DNA of 64,000 nucleotides from Eledone cirrhosa (lineage: Eukaryota): contig OZ024743.1 in assembly GCA_964016885.1 (NCBI GenBank), positions 373,674,001 to 373,738,000 on the forward strand, written 5' to 3'. Shown one piece after another: positions 61,701 through 64,000 of the stretch. Each line of letters starts with the position of its first letter. The stretch's first letter is position 1. Under the pieces are notes generated by a model. That model was not told the DNA's origin and did no database searches. It saw only the letters and a list, made by a program, of their open reading frames with translations. The position numbers and the translations under genes were made by a program.

Positions 61701-64000
61701 TGGACAGTGATGTTGGCTTGGGGAGGGCTTCATCTTGTAGTGGACAGTGACGTTGGCTTGGGGAGGGCTTCCTCTTGTAGTGGACAGTGACGTTGGCTTG
61801 TGGAGGGCTTCATCTTGTAGTGGACAGTGACGTTGGCTTGGGGAGGAGTTCCTCTTGTAGTGGACAGTGATGTTGGCTTGGGGAGGAGTTCCTCTTGTAG
61901 TGGACAGTGACGTTGGCTTGGGGAGGAGTTCCTCTTGTAGTGGACAGTGACGTTGGCTTGTGGAGGGCTTCATTTTGTAGTGGACAGTGACGTTGGCTTG
62001 GGGAGGAGTTCCTCTTGTAGTGGACAGTGACGTTGGCTTGGGGAGGAGTTCCTCTTGTAGTGGACAGTGACGTTGGCTTGTGGAGGGCTTCATCTTGTAG
62101 TGGACAGTGACGTTGGCATGGGGAGGAGTTCCTCTTGTAGTGGACAGTGACGTTGGCTTGGGGGGAGTTCCTCTTGTAGTGGACACTGACGTTGGCTTTG
62201 GGAGGACTTCCTCTTGTAGTGGACAGTGACGTTGGCTTGTGGAGGGCTTCATCTTGTAGTGGACAGTGTCGTTGGCTTGGGGAGGAGTTCCTCTTGTAGT
62301 GGACAGTGACGTTGGCTTGGGGAGGAGTTCCTCTTGTAGTGGACAGTGACGTTGGCTTGTGGAGAGCTTCATCTTGTAGTGGACAGTGACGTTGGCTTGG
62401 GGAGGAGTTCCTCTTGTAGTGGACAGTGACGTTGGCTTGGGGAGGAGTTCCTCTTGTAGTGGACAGTGACGTTGGCTTGTGGAGGGCTTCATCTTGTAGT
62501 GGACAGTGACGTTGGCTTGGGGAGGAGTTCCTCTTGTAGTGGACAGTGACGTTGGCTTGGGGGGAGTTCCTCTTGTAGTGGACACTGACGTTGGCTTTGG
62601 GAGGACTTCCTCTTGTAGTGGACAGTGACGTTGGCTTGTGGAGGGCTTCATCTTGTAGTGGACCCTGTCGTTGGCTTGGGGAGGAGTTCCTCTTGTAGTG
62701 GACAGTGACGTTGGCTTGGGGAGGAGTTCCTCTTGTAGTGGACAGTGACGTTGGCTTGGGGAGGACTTCCTCTTGTAGTGGACAGTGACGTTGGCTTGGG
62801 GAGGAGTTCATCTTGTAGTGGACAGTGACGTTGGTTTGGGGAGACTTCCTCTTGTAGTGGACAGTGACGTTGGCTTGGGGAGGAGTTCATCTTGTAGTGG
62901 ACAGTGACGTTGGCTTTTGGAGGGCTTCATCTTGTAGTGGACAGTGACGTTGGCTTGTGGAGGGCTTCATCTTGTAGTGGTCAGTGACGTTGGCTTGTGG
63001 AGGGCTTCATCTTGTAGTGGTCAGTGACGTTGGCTTGTGGAGGGCTTCATCTTGTAGTGGACAGTGACGTTAGCTTGGGGAGGAGTTCCTCTTGTAGTGG
63101 ACAGTGACGTTGGCTTGGGGAGGAGTTCCTCTTGTAGTGGACAGTGACGTTGGCTTGGGGAGGACTTCCTCTTGTAGTGGACAGTGACGTTGGCTTGGGG
63201 GGGAGTTCATCTTGTAGTGGACAGTGACGTTGGCTTGGGGAGGACTTTCTCTTGTAGTGGACAGTGACGTTGGCTTGGGGAGGAGTTCATCTTGTAGTGG
63301 ACAGTGACGTTGGCTTGGGAAGGACTCTCTCTTGTAGTGGACAGTGACGTTGGCTTGTGGAGGGCTTCATCTTGTAGTGGACAGTGACGTTGGCTTGGGC
63401 AGGACTTCCTCTTGTAGTGGACAGTGACGTTGGCTTGTGGAGGGCTTCATCTTGTAGTGGACAGTTACGTTGGCTTGTGGAGGGCTTCATCTTGTAGTGG
63501 ACAGTGACGTTGGCTTGGGGAGGACTTCCTCTTGTAGTGGACAGTGACGTTGGCTTGGGGAGGACTCCCTCTTGTAGTGGACAGTGACGTTGGCTTGTGG
63601 AGGGCTTCATCTTGTAGTGGACAGTGACGTTGGCTTGTGGAGGGCTTCATCTTGTAGTGGACAGTGACGTTGGCTTGTGAAGGGCTTCATATTGTAGTGC
63701 ACAGTGACGTTGGCTTGGGGAGGACTTCCTCTTGTAGTGGCCAGTGACGTTGGCTTGGGGAGGAGTTCCTCTTGTAGTGGACAGTGACGTTTGCTTGTGG
63801 AGGGCTTCATCTTGTAGTGGACAGTGACGTTGGCTTGTGGAGGGCTTCAACTTGTAGTGGACAGTGACGTTGGATTGAGGGGGGCTTCATCTTGCAGTGG
63901 ACAGTGACGTTGACTTGGGGACGAGTTCATCTTGTAGTGGACAGTGACGTTGGCTTGGGGAGGACTTCCTCTTGTCCTGGACCGTGACGTTGGCTTGGGG
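46713..64000. repeat. 40-bp satellite (CTTGTAGTGGACAGTGACGTTGGCTTG[G/T]GGAGG[A/G][C/G]TTC[A/C]T), >430 monomers, running off the window end
   Basis: Strict 40-bp period with rare 1-bp indels; all minus-strand ORFs from 46732 to 63850 are translations of it. Confidence 0.98.

Noticed and set aside
46732-63850. Dozens of minus-strand ORFs (SQRHCPLQ.., KPTSLSTTR..)
   Set aside because: All are three-frame readings of the 40-bp satellite, with frequent stops and frameshifts
46713-64000. Constant repeat plus variable segment resembling a CRISPR array
   Set aside because: The variable part is only ~14 nt with a few recurring states, not unique spacers; no cas genes; eukaryotic context

Overview
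Eukaryotic (animal) genomic DNA, AT-rich and repeat-dense. The SINE/RTE repertoire and huge (TA)n tracts suggest an octopus/coleoid cephalopod (inference). The only host gene I can support is the 3' end of BLTP1/KIAA1109 (tweek): four phase-compatible GT-AG exons at 10263-15883 (+). The rest is mobile DNA and tandem repeats: an uninterrupted Tx1-type LINE ORF2 in a (TATC)n tract, a decayed RTE LINE with a PHD-like finger, an internally deleted Tigger/pogo element nested in a TTAA MITE, many tRNA-derived SINEs, several minisatellites, a ~6 kb (TA)n/(TATG)n expansion, and a >17 kb 40-bp satellite with nested higher-order duplications. The most interesting signal is non-coding. At 44891-46100 a tandem and inverted ~482-bp unit carries three complete type-I hammerhead ribozymes (retrozyme/Penelope-type architecture, predicted ~473-nt self-excising and possibly circular RNA). 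Several unrelated hammerhead-like motifs also occur (39081, 39356, 42657, 43329, 23464), plus a perfect 58-bp palindrome at 21047 centred on a hammerhead stem II. All folds and family assignments were made by eye; no searches were run.
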